A stretch of 64,000 nucleotides of DNA, from positions 21,861-85,860 of the forward strand of contig CAYPIR010000001.1 in the NCBI GenBank assembly GCA_964410905.1, written 5' to 3'. The notes under the pieces are model-generated. The model was not told the DNA's origin. It searched no databases and worked only from the letters and a program-made list of their open reading frames with translations. How positions within the stretch are numbered: the stretch's first letter is position 1; every line of letters begins with the position of its first letter. Source of the stretch: an uncultured bacterium (GTDB taxonomy: Bacteria; Omnitrophota; Omnitrophia; Omnitrophales; Aquincolibacteriaceae). Position numbers and translations under genes: made by a program. Of the stretch, positions 8,407-18,374 are shown piece after piece.

Positions 8407-10260
8407 TTAATTAACATTTGAATGCAGTCCGCCGGAACCAGCGCGGAAATCCACGTTCGTCAAATCACTCCCGCGTTCACGTTCGCATGAGCAATTCCAA
8501 AGACATGCCGCGCAATGAATACATTTTTCACGGTCAAAAAGCGGAACTCCGCCATCGGAGTTTGCCGTTATGGCTTGCCCTGAGCACATCTCAATACAAA
8601 TTTTTGTTTTACATTTTTTGCATTTTTCAGAATCTAAAAACACAACGTGATCGGCAAAACCGTCGGCGGCTTGAACTTTTCCGCCTAGTAAGAGCGCGTC
8701 CTGATGCGACAAGAGCAATTTTCCATCGTATTGAATTTTAGGCCAACCTGCCAAATCCATCAAATCATCGTGAACGGATGTATTGGTTTCAGCCGCCTTT
8801 TTGCGCGCCTCTTCAATTTTTTCCGGCGCGATTTTGCCTTTGTAATAATCTTCAATGGAAGGAACGCGTTCAGAAACAGTTTTTAATTTCACGGGGATGT
8901 TAAGAAAGCCTTTTGTAAAACCAGAAAGCCCCATTCCAATCATTCCAAGTTCAAAACAAGCGCTAAATCCATCGCGCGCTTTTTCCGCCAACTTGCCGTC
9001 TTTTTGAATCCAGCTCTCGCGGCGGGTTTTGAGATATGTCGCCTCAAGATTTTCTTTTGTCGTCGGCTTCCCTTCTTTTAAAAGTTGAATATATCCTTCG
9101 GCAAGCTGCGTCCCCGTTGTCCATGCCTCATCAACGCCAGAACCTTTTAACATATTTGTGCTACCTGAGCCTTCGCCGATGCGCGCAAAACCGTCGCCTA
9201 CAATAAATGGCTCGCCGCGAATCCCCGCTTCTTGCAAACTCTTCGCGCCCCAGGATTTTAAAGCCGCGCCTTGCAAATGTTTCCACAAAACAGGATGCTG
9301 CATCCAGTGCTGAAAATAGCGATATGCCGTGCGGACAGGGTTATCAAGCCAAGACGGAATAAAAATTCCAAGCGACGCGACGCGATCAGGATATACATAA
9401 AGAAAACCAAAAATCTCGGGTTCCGGATAGCCGAATGTATGAATTACAGTCCCGGGCTGAAGCGTTGTGTTTTCCGGCAAATCAATTACCGCTTTCATGC
9501 CTAGCGCCCATTCTCGTTGATGATTTCCTTCAGGCAATCCAAATGTATTGTCTAATTTTTGCCCGACCGGACCGTATGGACCGTCGCCTACAACAGTAAA
9601 AGGCGCGTTAATATTCATACCCGGAGAAAACGATCCCGTAGGATTTCCATTTTTCTCAACTCCTTGATCAGCAAGTCTAACCCCCGCTACGCGATTAGAA
9701 TCAAAAAGAGGTTCTTTTACGGGCATTCCCGGCCAAATTTGGACAAGTCCGGACCCCATCAAATTGGAACCAACCCATTGCGTAAACTGTCCCATGGATA
9801 AAATCCAACCACCATGCTTTGCCATAAAGGGAGGAATAAAAGGAAGTTTAAACGAATGGTCTTTAAACCAAGGAAGAATTCCGCCAAGAATTCGCAAAGT
9901 TCCATCTACTATTTTAAGAAGCCAAGAACGGCGGCTTGCGCCGACTGGGTCAAGCAGATAATAGACTTCTTCGTTCTTTACGGGAGTCGCGAGCGGAATT
10001 TGCGCTAACTCTTCAGAAGACAACGATTGTTTAATGCCCTTTGCTTCTGTAACTATTCCCGAAACACCAAAACCAATATCATCGGCGCGTTCATAACAAA
10101 TTACTTGAAGAGGCATTCCTGGCGCAACCTTACTTTGAAAATGTTCAGCGGTGGGTTCTTTTTGAATTTCTTGAGTTAACTTGTGAAGAAATCCCGCGGT
10201 AGCCGGTCCAAAACCAACACAAACAACATCAACGTCAATTTTTTGTCGTTCAACTGTCAT
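8407..10260 (-). CDS. Electron-transfer-flavoprotein:quinone oxidoreductase (FixC-like flavoprotein fused to a FixX-like 4Fe-4S ferredoxin).
   Basis: N-terminal FAD GxGxxG motif (VVCVGFGPATAG). C-terminal ferredoxin cysteines CKKCKTKICIEMCS…CIHCAACLWNCS. Confidence 0.85.
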   Translation of the reverse strand: MTVERQKIDVDVVCVGFGPATAGFLHKLTQEIQKEPTAEHFQSKVAPGMPLQVICYERADDIGFGVSGIVTEAKGIKQSLSSEELAQIPLATPVKNEEVYYLLDPVGASRRSWLLKIVDGTLRILGGILPWFKDHSFKLPFIPPFMAKHGGWILSMGQFTQWVGSNLMGSGLVQIWPGMPVKEPLFDSNRVAGVRLADQGVEKNGNPTGSFSPGMNINAPFTVVGDGPYGPVGQKLDNTFGLPEGNHQREWALGMKAVIDLPENTTLQPGTVIHTFGYPEPEIFGFLYVYPDRVASLGIFIPSWLDNPVRTAYRYFQHWMQHPVLWKHLQGAALKSWGAKSLQEAGIRGEPFIVGDGFARIGEGSGSTNMLKGSGVDEAWTTGTQLAEGYIQLLKEGKPTTKENLEATYLKTRRESWIQKDGKLAEKARDGFSACFELGMIGMGLSGFTKGFLNIPVKLKTVSERVPSIEDYYKGKIAPEKIEEARKKAAETNTSVHDDLMDLAGWPKIQYDGKLLLSHQDALLLGGKVQAADGFADHVVFLDSEKCKKCKTKICIEMCSGQAITANSDGGVPLFDREKCIHCAACLWNCSCERERGSDLTNVDFRAGSGGLHSNVN

Positions 10261-10369
10261 TTTTACCCCTTATGGTAAGAGTGTTTTTAAAAACAAATTG
10301 GATTCCGCAATAAAACAATTTGCAAAATGTCGCCCCTGTAAAATCAATAATTTTACAAGAAAAATTCGG

Positions 10370-10421
10370 CAGAGATTAACAAACGATGCCGCGAGAATAC
10401 GCGGAGGCTTGATAATCTCTG
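10370..10421 (-). terminator. Probable intrinsic terminator downstream of the acyl-CoA dehydrogenase gene.
   Basis: Nested hairpin cagagatta…ccgcg agaatac gcgg…taatctctg, followed on the minus strand by CCGAAUUUUUCUUG. Confidence 0.5.
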
Positions 10422-10488
10422 TCGAATTTTTTATTCATCTAACTAACTTTCAAACAAAAACATCAGAAATGGCTATTAGCAAACCATC

Positions 10489-12582
10489 CTATAACGGATA
10501 ATCCAACGCTTCAGGGATCATAACATTTGCAACAGACTCCGCGGCACGATCTTTTGAGAAACGAAGTCCGACAAGACTCGCTTCAGTCTTCGCTCGAAGT
10601 TCCGCGAATGCTTTGAGTTCAGCGTCTTTAGTAATATCTGTTCCAGCCGGCAAATATCCATAAATAAGATCAGCGCAAATTTTGCCGACCTCGCCAACGG
10701 CACGAGCCGCCTGAACACCGCTCAAATCTGAATAGAAATTAACAAAACCCTCAAGCCCTTCAGCAAGAGTAGGATTCTCCGGGCCCTTTGCTTCAAGTTC
10801 CAAAGTGTCCAAAATTAACTGACGCGTTCCAAGCAGCCACGCGATTGCATCAGTCAGCGGGAACATAACGCCCTGACGCGCTCCGCCATAAAGAGTCTTT
10901 CCGTTAGCGTCTTTATGCGACTGAAGATATTCAAATGACAATAGCCAAAGATCTATCGCGCTGGCAAGAGCAATCGCTCCGGTTTCCGGTTTGCTGCCGC
11001 CTATTTTTCGCAGGTCATTCGCCCAGCCTTTAAACTGCGCTAGGAAAATATCATTCGTCATCGTGCGGCTTAATTGCAAACGCTGCACGCATTCAGGACC
11101 TTCGTATGTTGCCTCAAGTTGCGCGTCCGACCACTTTTGAGTTAAAAACCCCGGGCAGTCTTCCGTGATGCCGTAACCGCCTACAAGACTGACGGCTTCG
11201 CGCATCATTGTTGCGCCGTATCCTGTATTCCAGAGTTTCCCAGCCGGACAATACACGTCAGCCAAGGACTCCCAGACAAGATACTGCGTCAAAAGATCGT
11301 TTTTGAGTTCTTCAAAACGCTTGGCATCGCGTTCGGCTTCTGGTTTTGCCAAAAGTTCGATATATTCCAACGCCTTTTTACGCGGTTCAGCAAGCGCTTT
11401 CGTTTGCGCTCTCACGCCTTTAATCCCTTGTTTTTCAAAGAGCTCATCTTTTTGGCGTTCCAAAACGTCAAACATGTCAAAAATTCTCGAACCTTCAAAG
11501 CCGAGCGCGGCACCCGCTTCGCCTGTCGCCCAAACGTCGACAAGTCTATGCGTTGGATCTTCTTTTTGCTGAATGCCCAAGTCGTAGCGGGATGTCCCTT
11601 GTGTTACAGACGCTCCTCCGCGATAACGGGTCCGTTGATAACGGATAACAGGCTCAATCGCCGAAAGAAGTTTCGCGGTAGTCATAATGCCAACCGTTAC
11701 GCGAGTTCTGCGGAACACGGCTTCGATAACTTCGCTATTGTTAAAATTAGGAATAATTACGCCGTCTTTAATTGTGTATCCGCCGATAATGCGGCTTGCA
11801 GGAACACGCAAATTAAAAATCGGGTCGTGTGTGCTGGAAAGCTGGTGAACAAGTTTCAAAGTCGGCGCGCCGCGGTCATAAACTCCCTGGTCGCCTTCTT
11901 CTAAAATAATCATACAACTTGATTTAATACGCGGATCATCGGTGTCTACGGACGCTGTAACAAAATTCGCGTATCCCATATTGGTGATAAAACGGCCGCG
12001 TTTTTCAACCTGCAAAATAGGCTCCTTGCCTTCTTCCCATTCAGCAACGCGAAGTTTTCCCGACAACATACCCGCGTCCACGCCGACATATGGGAGAGGT
12101 TCCGTTAGAGCAAACGAACCGCGATATTTGGGAGCTTCGTTGTTAATTGGAACGCAGCCGCCCTTATATTGTAATTTTTGTTCTTTCGTGCCTTTTTCAT
12201 GAATAGGCTCAAGAGCAAGATTGTTCGCGAGACTTGCCGTCGCCGCGCCCGCGTCAACCCAGCAAAGTTCAAAAGCAATCATGGCAAGAACAAGATTTTT
12301 GGGACCCTCTATGTATCCGCCTTCTTCCGGTTCCATAAACGCGGCTGTAATCCCCGCTTTATCAAACTCTCTTAACATTTCCTGTTTTTCTTTTGTCCAT
12401 TCATGCGTGGCGCGCTGTTTATCAGCAACCATACGGGCAACAACGCTGCGGGCAACCGCGCGAGTTGATTGAATTACCATTTGAAGATCATAACGGTCAG
12501 AAAAACGCCACATAATTTGGCGAACCGCATCGGTAGGAAGAGTGCTCAGCAACGCTCTTTTTTCAGAATTAGTCGTGGTCAT
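10489..12582 (-). CDS. Large (697 aa) acyl-CoA dehydrogenase.
   Basis: ACAD N/M/C domain pattern at about 700 aa, typical of FadE-like long ACADs. It lies directly upstream of the etf/ETF-QO genes. Confidence 0.8.
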   Translation of the reverse strand: MTTTNSEKRALLSTLPTDAVRQIMWRFSDRYDLQMVIQSTRAVARSVVARMVADKQRATHEWTKEKQEMLREFDKAGITAAFMEPEEGGYIEGPKNLVLAMIAFELCWVDAGAATASLANNLALEPIHEKGTKEQKLQYKGGCVPINNEAPKYRGSFALTEPLPYVGVDAGMLSGKLRVAEWEEGKEPILQVEKRGRFITNMGYANFVTASVDTDDPRIKSSCMIILEEGDQGVYDRGAPTLKLVHQLSSTHDPIFNLRVPASRIIGGYTIKDGVIIPNFNNSEVIEAVFRRTRVTVGIMTTAKLLSAIEPVIRYQRTRYRGGASVTQGTSRYDLGIQQKEDPTHRLVDVWATGEAGAALGFEGSRIFDMFDVLERQKDELFEKQGIKGVRAQTKALAEPRKKALEYIELLAKPEAERDAKRFEELKNDLLTQYLVWESLADVYCPAGKLWNTGYGATMMREAVSLVGGYGITEDCPGFLTQKWSDAQLEATYEGPECVQRLQLSRTMTNDIFLAQFKGWANDLRKIGGSKPETGAIALASAIDLWLLSFEYLQSHKDANGKTLYGGARQGVMFPLTDAIAWLLGTRQLILDTLELEAKGPENPTLAEGLEGFVNFYSDLSGVQAARAVGEVGKICADLIYGYLPAGTDITKDAELKAFAELRAKTEASLVGLRFSKDRAAESVANVMIPEALDYPL

Positions 12583-12612
12583 TAAATTGTTCCTTTCTTA
12601 ATTGGTGTTACA

Positions 12613-12647
12613 GACAAAAAAATCCCCGCAAAACAAAAGGGATTTGG
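12613..12647 (-). terminator. Intrinsic terminator after the restriction-modification cassette.
   Basis: Minus-strand AAATCCC-loop-GGGGATTT followed by UUUUUUUG. Confidence 0.6.
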
Positions 12648-12729
12648 ATAGGAAAGCCGATCCAAGAGTTAAAAAGTAGAGTGATATTATTCAAAAACAA
12701 CTCTAGTTGCAAGAAAAAATAAGGGCAGT

Positions 12730-13470
12730 TTAAACGTTGTCTATGATTAACTTCAAAATCTCTAAAACATCGTGCTTATGCGCAACCGACAACATTCCAA
12801 ACAGCCTAAAAATTTCAAGAAACACGTCCGCATTGCTGTCATCAATTACAAATTCAGCCTCTTCTTTTTGTTCTGCCGTTCTGCCAATTAGCACAGTGTC
12901 TGTCTTCAGTTTTGTTATTGGGAAACACAAATAAAGCATAGGCATAATCCCAACTGCATACTGCTTTTCTCTTGTAATTATTTCAACGACAATATCAAAA
13001 TCTCCAAATTTATGAACTAGCAATGGATATTCGACACTAGATGTTTCAAAAGTAATTTCATTTAATAGAATTTTAACCGGATTTGTCCGCTTTATTTTGA
13101 GTTCGTTTTCCAAAAGATTAAAATCCTCACCAGCATTAACAAAATTTATCAATTTATTTATTTTTTGCTTATCGATTAAACCGTTCTTCGCTAAGTGAAA
13201 AACATACTCTGAAAGTTCATAAAGAGATTTCCGTTTACTATTCGCGCCAGTAAAAGTTAAGTCTTGCAAAGATGTTGTTTTCTTACCTTTTTCGATATCA
13301 GACAAAATTGCGTCATAACCAATTTGCCATTCGACATACATATCCTGAGAAAATGGCGTTTGACGAGTTGCGACAGAAAAACCATATTCATAAATCATTT
13401 TCCGTCTTTTAATTCTGACTTTGCCATTGGTTGTAACTAGTGGGATTTTAATTTTGTATTGGTAACTCAT
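12730..13470 (-). CDS. Putative Type II restriction endonuclease (no recognisable family), partner of the adjacent methyltransferase.
   Basis: The 246 aa ORF overlaps the methyltransferase stop by 4 bp and shares the same AT-rich (about 30% GC) island. Its role is inferred from context only. Confidence 0.45.
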   Translation of the reverse strand: MSYQYKIKIPLVTTNGKVRIKRRKMIYEYGFSVATRQTPFSQDMYVEWQIGYDAILSDIEKGKKTTSLQDLTFTGANSKRKSLYELSEYVFHLAKNGLIDKQKINKLINFVNAGEDFNLLENELKIKRTNPVKILLNEITFETSSVEYPLLVHKFGDFDIVVEIITREKQYAVGIMPMLYLCFPITKLKTDTVLIGRTAEQKEEAEFVIDDSNADVFLEIFRLFGMLSVAHKHDVLEILKLIIDNV

Positions 13471-14630
13471 AGCAAAATTGTCCGCTTAAATAGCTTGTCA
13501 AAATAAATGTTAACTCTTTGTTTTGATAGTTGAATTTGGGCATCATCTATTTGGCTTGTTCCAAATATATCCGGATGCTTCGCACGCGATAAAATTTCAA
13601 AATCTTTTCTATAGACCTTAAATGCCTCATTATTAATAGGCACGTTTAGATTCCCCATATAGTAAGGCAGTCTTTCAGCATAGTCTTTAAAAATATCAAC
13701 ATATTGATAATATTCAAGTTTGCTAGACTTAACCTGAACAGCATTTGGAATATCTTCCTTAATGAATGTTCTGCTTCGTTTTAGTGCATTGATGTCTCGC
13801 ATAGTATAAAAAAGAAAGCCCTTCCAATTCTGCCTTTTATATCTACTAGGATACTTATCCAAATAGTTATCAATATAATCAAATTGATTTAATGAAAATG
13901 TCAAACCTTCCAGAGTTTTAAAACTCCAAGCCTCAACATCCTTAAAGGTCATTCCATGTCCATCTTTTTTATAAATAGCAATAACTATTGGGAAACCAGT
14001 CATTTTGGAGACTTCAGAAAATTCTTGGCTTGAAAACACCAAAGTATCAAGCAATTTATAATTATTTAAAAATGGTTTGAGGCTATTAAAATTAGTTTTT
14101 TTGATTAAATAGGATAGCGGATGCAAAACCGCAACAAATTCGGGCTTTAATTTATTATAAGCAAGCAAAGACGACAAACCAATGTCTCGCGATTCAATGT
14201 CTTTATCAACAGGATACCTAGCCTCAGTTTTTATATCGCATTTAACATGCGAAGTTTTATCGTTATAAGGCGGATTCCCGACCAAAATAACTTTTGCATA
14301 ATCGCTGATACCATAATTAATTCTATTAACTCGATGCAAAGCATTTTGTTTTAAAAAAGTAATTTCTGGGAAATTAGATTTTGCAGTTTCTAGCGCCATT
14401 AAATCAATATCTGCACCAACACATCTAACTTGGAGAGGCAAATCAACATTAAAAAAAGCTCCATATCCACAGCTTGGTTCTAATAAAACATCACAGCTTT
14501 CAAAAGCATTATATTTGTTTAGCAACTCGTACGTTTTAGAAACAAGTTTTTGCGGTGTATAGAAACTGCCTAAATTTGTCTTATCACTATAACTTAAATG
14601 CCTCGCTGTTTTATCTAATAAATTTTGCAT
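13467..14630 (-). CDS. Gamma-class N6-adenine DNA methyltransferase (TaqI/Eco57I-like).
   Basis: Motif X GSFYTPQ, motif I EPSCGYGAF, and motif IV NPPY in gamma order. Confidence 0.85.
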   Translation of the reverse strand: MQNLLDKTARHLSYSDKTNLGSFYTPQKLVSKTYELLNKYNAFESCDVLLEPSCGYGAFFNVDLPLQVRCVGADIDLMALETAKSNFPEITFLKQNALHRVNRINYGISDYAKVILVGNPPYNDKTSHVKCDIKTEARYPVDKDIESRDIGLSSLLAYNKLKPEFVAVLHPLSYLIKKTNFNSLKPFLNNYKLLDTLVFSSQEFSEVSKMTGFPIVIAIYKKDGHGMTFKDVEAWSFKTLEGLTFSLNQFDYIDNYLDKYPSRYKRQNWKGFLFYTMRDINALKRSRTFIKEDIPNAVQVKSSKLEYYQYVDIFKDYAERLPYYMGNLNVPINNEAFKVYRKDFEILSRAKHPDIFGTSQIDDAQIQLSKQRVNIYFDKLFKRTILL

Positions 14631-14704
14631 ATTAATTTTCTCAATATTATTGTTTTAAATAATATTAATATTATATATTTGCCAACACAGTTGTCTAGCC
14701 TTTA

Positions 14705-16723
14705 TTACTTTCCCCAGCGGAACATCAACGCGCCAAGCGGCGGAATACTTATGTTCATTGAAAACGGTCTATATTGCCAAGCCGTCGACTCCGCGTGAAC
14801 GCCGCCCAAATTCCCAATTCCGCAGCCTCCATATTCATTTCCTTGGGAATTTAAAATCTCTTTGTAATATCCCCAGCGCGGAACGCCCACTCGATAATTA
14901 CGCAAAACCACGGGTGTCATATTAAATACAAAAATAAGCACGGATTTTCTGTCCCGAGACCAACGCAAGAAACTTATAACCGAATGGGCGCTATCCGAGT
15001 GGTCTATCCACTCAAAAAGCTCCGGCGAATCATCAGTTTCATAAAGCGCGGGATTCGCGCGGTAAATACGATTCAAATCTCTGACAAATTCACTGATAAG
15101 ATGATGCGCGGGCGACTTTGTCAGGTGCCAATCAAGCGACTGCGCGTAATTCCATTCATTTCTCTGGGCGAAATCCGTCCCCATAAACAAAAGTTTTTTA
15201 CCGGGAAAAGCAAACATATAACTTAAAAAAAGCCTGCTTCCAGAAAACTTCCGCCAATCGCTGCCGGGCATTTTTTCAAGCAAAGACCGTTTGCCATAAA
15301 CAAGTTCATCATGCGAAATGGGCAAAATATAGTTCTCGGAAAACGCGTAGCCCGCTGAAAACGGGAAAACGTCTTGATGCCATTTACGATAAATCGGGTC
15401 TTTTGAAAAGTATTCAATTGTGTCGTGCATCCAGCCCATATTCCATTTCATGCTGAATCCAAGACCGCCAAGATGAACGGGCTTTGACACCGCGGGCCAC
15501 GCCGTGGACTCTTCGGCAATAGTCAAAACTCCAGGATATTTTGCGTGAACAACTCGGTTTAGACGCTTCAGAAACTCTATCGCTTCAAGATTTTCTCTGC
15601 CGCCGTATTTGTTCGCTTCCCATTCGCCGTCTTTCCTCGAATAATTTAGATAAAGCATGCAGGACACCGCGTCCACTCTGAGTCCGTCGACGTGATATTT
15701 GTCCAGCCAGAACAGCGCGTTAGAAATAAGAAAATTATCAACCTCGCGGCGCCCAAAATCGAACACCAAAGTTCCCCATTCTTTTTGCTCGGCGCGCCGC
15801 CAATTCGGAGACGAATAAATCGGCGTTCCGTCAAAATCAAAAAGCCCGTGTCCATCGCGGGGAAAATGCGCCGGCACCCAATCCAAAATCACGCCTATTC
15901 CGTGCTGATGGCAATAATCCACAAAATACATCAAATCTTCTGGCGAACCATAACGCTTCGTAGGCGCGTAATAATTGATGACTTGATAACCCCAAGATTC
16001 ATCCAACGGATACTCCATAACAGGCATCAGTTCTATATGCGTGTAGCCCATGTATTGAACATATTCAACTAGTTGGCGCGCGAGATCTCGATAGTTCAAA
16101 AATCCCCAGCCGTTTTCGCCGTCTCGTTTCCACGACCCCAAATGGACCTCATAAATCGATATTGGCGAAGTTTGCGTTTTTTTATTGTTTCGTTCTTCAA
16201 GCCACTCGCGATCGTTCCATTTATATTTGGCGAGAGAAGAAACTACGGCAGCGGTTTTTGGACGCAGTTCGGTTTCAAACGCGTAAGGATCCGTTTTAAA
16301 CAAGACGGCATCGGTTTCTTTAGAACGAATCGCAAACTTATAAAGCGCGCCATCCCGAAGTTTTGGAATAAAAATAACCCACATGCCAGAAAATGGAATT
16401 TGCGACATCAAATGTTTCTCTGCGTTCCATTTATTAAAATCGCCGACAACTGAAACCGATTTCGCGTTCGGCGCCCATACGGTAAAAAGCACGCCCTTTT
16501 CGCCTTTTATCACGACAGGGTGCGCGCCCATTTTTTCATAACTTCTATAGTGACTTCCTTCATTCAAAAGATAGAGGTCATAATCGCTGATAGAAACGGG
16601 AAATGACGCGGACTTTTTATTTTTTATTCTTGCCGCGCGCAAAGGTTTAGAAACCGTAATGCTTTTTCGTTTCGCTGATTTTATTTTTCTTGTTTTTATT
16701 TTTTTTCGGTTTTTATAATTCAT
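14705..16723 (-). CDS. glgB: 1,4-alpha-glucan branching enzyme.
   Basis: GH13 catalytic-core motifs (…GLRVDAV…; EESTAWP) and the N-terminal CBM48 region DLYLLNEGSHYRSYEKMGAHP. The listed start carries a basic extension, so the true start may be internal. Confidence 0.9.
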   Translation of the reverse strand: MNYKNRKKIKTRKIKSAKRKSITVSKPLRAARIKNKKSASFPVSISDYDLYLLNEGSHYRSYEKMGAHPVVIKGEKGVLFTVWAPNAKSVSVVGDFNKWNAEKHLMSQIPFSGMWVIFIPKLRDGALYKFAIRSKETDAVLFKTDPYAFETELRPKTAAVVSSLAKYKWNDREWLEERNNKKTQTSPISIYEVHLGSWKRDGENGWGFLNYRDLARQLVEYVQYMGYTHIELMPVMEYPLDESWGYQVINYYAPTKRYGSPEDLMYFVDYCHQHGIGVILDWVPAHFPRDGHGLFDFDGTPIYSSPNWRRAEQKEWGTLVFDFGRREVDNFLISNALFWLDKYHVDGLRVDAVSCMLYLNYSRKDGEWEANKYGGRENLEAIEFLKRLNRVVHAKYPGVLTIAEESTAWPAVSKPVHLGGLGFSMKWNMGWMHDTIEYFSKDPIYRKWHQDVFPFSAGYAFSENYILPISHDELVYGKRSLLEKMPGSDWRKFSGSRLFLSYMFAFPGKKLLFMGTDFAQRNEWNYAQSLDWHLTKSPAHHLISEFVRDLNRIYRANPALYETDDSPELFEWIDHSDSAHSVISFLRWSRDRKSVLIFVFNMTPVVLRNYRVGVPRWGYYKEILNSQGNEYGGCGIGNLGGVHAESTAWQYRPFSMNISIPPLGALMFRWGK

Positions 16724-16795
16724 GTTAACTCATATTGGTTATGGATGAGGTGTAATAGCAACATTTGTTATATTCGATTTTTTAGGACCATAACA

Positions 16796-16984
16796 TCAAA
16801 AAAGTTTGCAAGCAGCCGGCGTATTATTTTGCGCGTATGCCTCAAAAACTTTCTGGGTTAAATTAAATGGATTAGATATAGAACTATACGCATGTGTATT
16901 TAATAACGGATGTTTGGGATTAACAGGATTATGTCCTAAAATCTCTGTAAAAGATGAATCTTTGATTATATTATTTTCTTCCAT
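16796..16984 (-). CDS. Small hypothetical protein (62 aa) with a strong Shine-Dalgarno sequence.
   Basis: AGAGGAGAAACTATT precedes the ATG. It sits intergenic between the MFS gene and glgB. No family could be assigned. Confidence 0.35.
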   Translation of the reverse strand: MEENNIIKDSSFTEILGHNPVNPKHPLLNTHAYSSISNPFNLTQKVFEAYAQNNTPAACKLF

Positions 16985-17074
16985 AATAGTTTCTCCTCTC
17001 TATCGCAGAAAACTCTACCGTAAGTGGGCGTTGTATACAAGTGGGCTTTCCTCACGCGCGATTAACGCAACAAA

Positions 17075-18370
17075 TCACTCAGGTATGGCGCTGGGAAGCC
17101 CGCCTGCGCCATGCGGTAAGATTCCTTTTTTTATGTAAACAGCGCGCACAAGCTGCCTCATATCAGGCAATTTTTTTATAAACACAAATGCCGCTATTAA
17201 ACTTAAAGATGTGCAAATAAAAAGCGTCAAGGGAGCGCCAATTTTCGTGGCAATCCAGCCCGACATTAAACTGCCAAACGGCATAGAACCAAAAAACGAC
17301 AATGTATAAAGTCCCATTAAGCGTCCGCGTTTATTTTCGTCAACAATTGTTTGCAAAACGGTGTTGCAAGCAGCCATGTTGCACATAATCGCAAAACCTC
17401 CTATCATCAAAAAAACAGTGGCGGCGGACAACGACTTTAAAAATGCGAAACTCATCACCGCCAAACTATAAAGCGCGGCACTCCAGCCAATCATTTTTAT
17501 AAGTCCCAAAACATTTTTTCGCGCGGCTAAAAAAAGAGCGCCCAATAACGCCCCAAATCCAAAAACTCCCATCAAAAATCCCAAAGTCTGCGGTCCTCCC
17601 CCAAAAATATCCCGCGCGTAAACCGGCATCAAAACTTGAAGCGGAATTCCAAAAAGACTGACAATCCCAAGCAGCGTTAAAATTCGTCGTATGGGCAAAG
17701 AATTATAGGCATATTTTACGCCTTCTTTAAGTTCATCAATAATATGTTTAGGTTCACTTGTAGGGTTTCGTTTTATATTTAAAATTTTTATACAAATAAG
17801 CACTGGAATATAAGACGCGGCGTTTATCATAAAACAAATCTTTTCGCCCGCCGCCACTATTAAGAATCCGGCAATCGCGGGACCGGCAAGCCGCGCGGCA
17901 TTAAACATGGAAGATGAAAGCGCTATTGCGTTTCCCAAGTCCGCGCGGTTATCCAGCATATCAATCGTCAGCGATTGTCTATTGGGAATATCAAAAGCAA
18001 ACAAAATCCCAAGCCATGTCCCCAGCACCATAATGTGCCAAACTTCGATCAAATCAAATGAAACAAGGATGCTGAGAATTGTTGCCTGCACCATAAACAG
18101 CGCCTGCGTAATGAAGAGAATTTTTTTCCGGTCGAATCGGTCGGCTAAAACGCCGCCAAACGAGGTAAGAAAAGCCGAAGGCACTTGTTCCAAAAAGCTC
18201 GCAATTCCCAAGAGAAACGGTGATCCGGTTAAGCGATAAATAAGCCAACTGATTGCGGTTTGCTGCATCCAAGTCCCAACAAGCGAAGCGCTTTGCCCAC
18301 AAAAAAATATACGGTAATTTCGGTTGCGAAGGGCTCTGAAAATCTGTGGTGAATTAAAATGCATTTTCAT
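17075..18370 (-). CDS. MFS transporter (EntS/macrolide-efflux-like). The start is set at the internal MKMHFNSPQIF, because the longer ORF would overlap macB.
   Basis: A 12-TM MFS pattern of about 430 aa, with a 4-nt gap after the macB stop. Confidence 0.8.
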   Translation of the reverse strand: MKMHFNSPQIFRALRNRNYRIFFCGQSASLVGTWMQQTAISWLIYRLTGSPFLLGIASFLEQVPSAFLTSFGGVLADRFDRKKILFITQALFMVQATILSILVSFDLIEVWHIMVLGTWLGILFAFDIPNRQSLTIDMLDNRADLGNAIALSSSMFNAARLAGPAIAGFLIVAAGEKICFMINAASYIPVLICIKILNIKRNPTSEPKHIIDELKEGVKYAYNSLPIRRILTLLGIVSLFGIPLQVLMPVYARDIFGGGPQTLGFLMGVFGFGALLGALFLAARKNVLGLIKMIGWSAALYSLAVMSFAFLKSLSAATVFLMIGGFAIMCNMAACNTVLQTIVDENKRGRLMGLYTLSFFGSMPFGSLMSGWIATKIGAPLTLFICTSLSLIAAFVFIKKLPDMRQLVRAVYIKKGILPHGAGGLPSAIPE

Positions 18371-18374
18371 TTTA

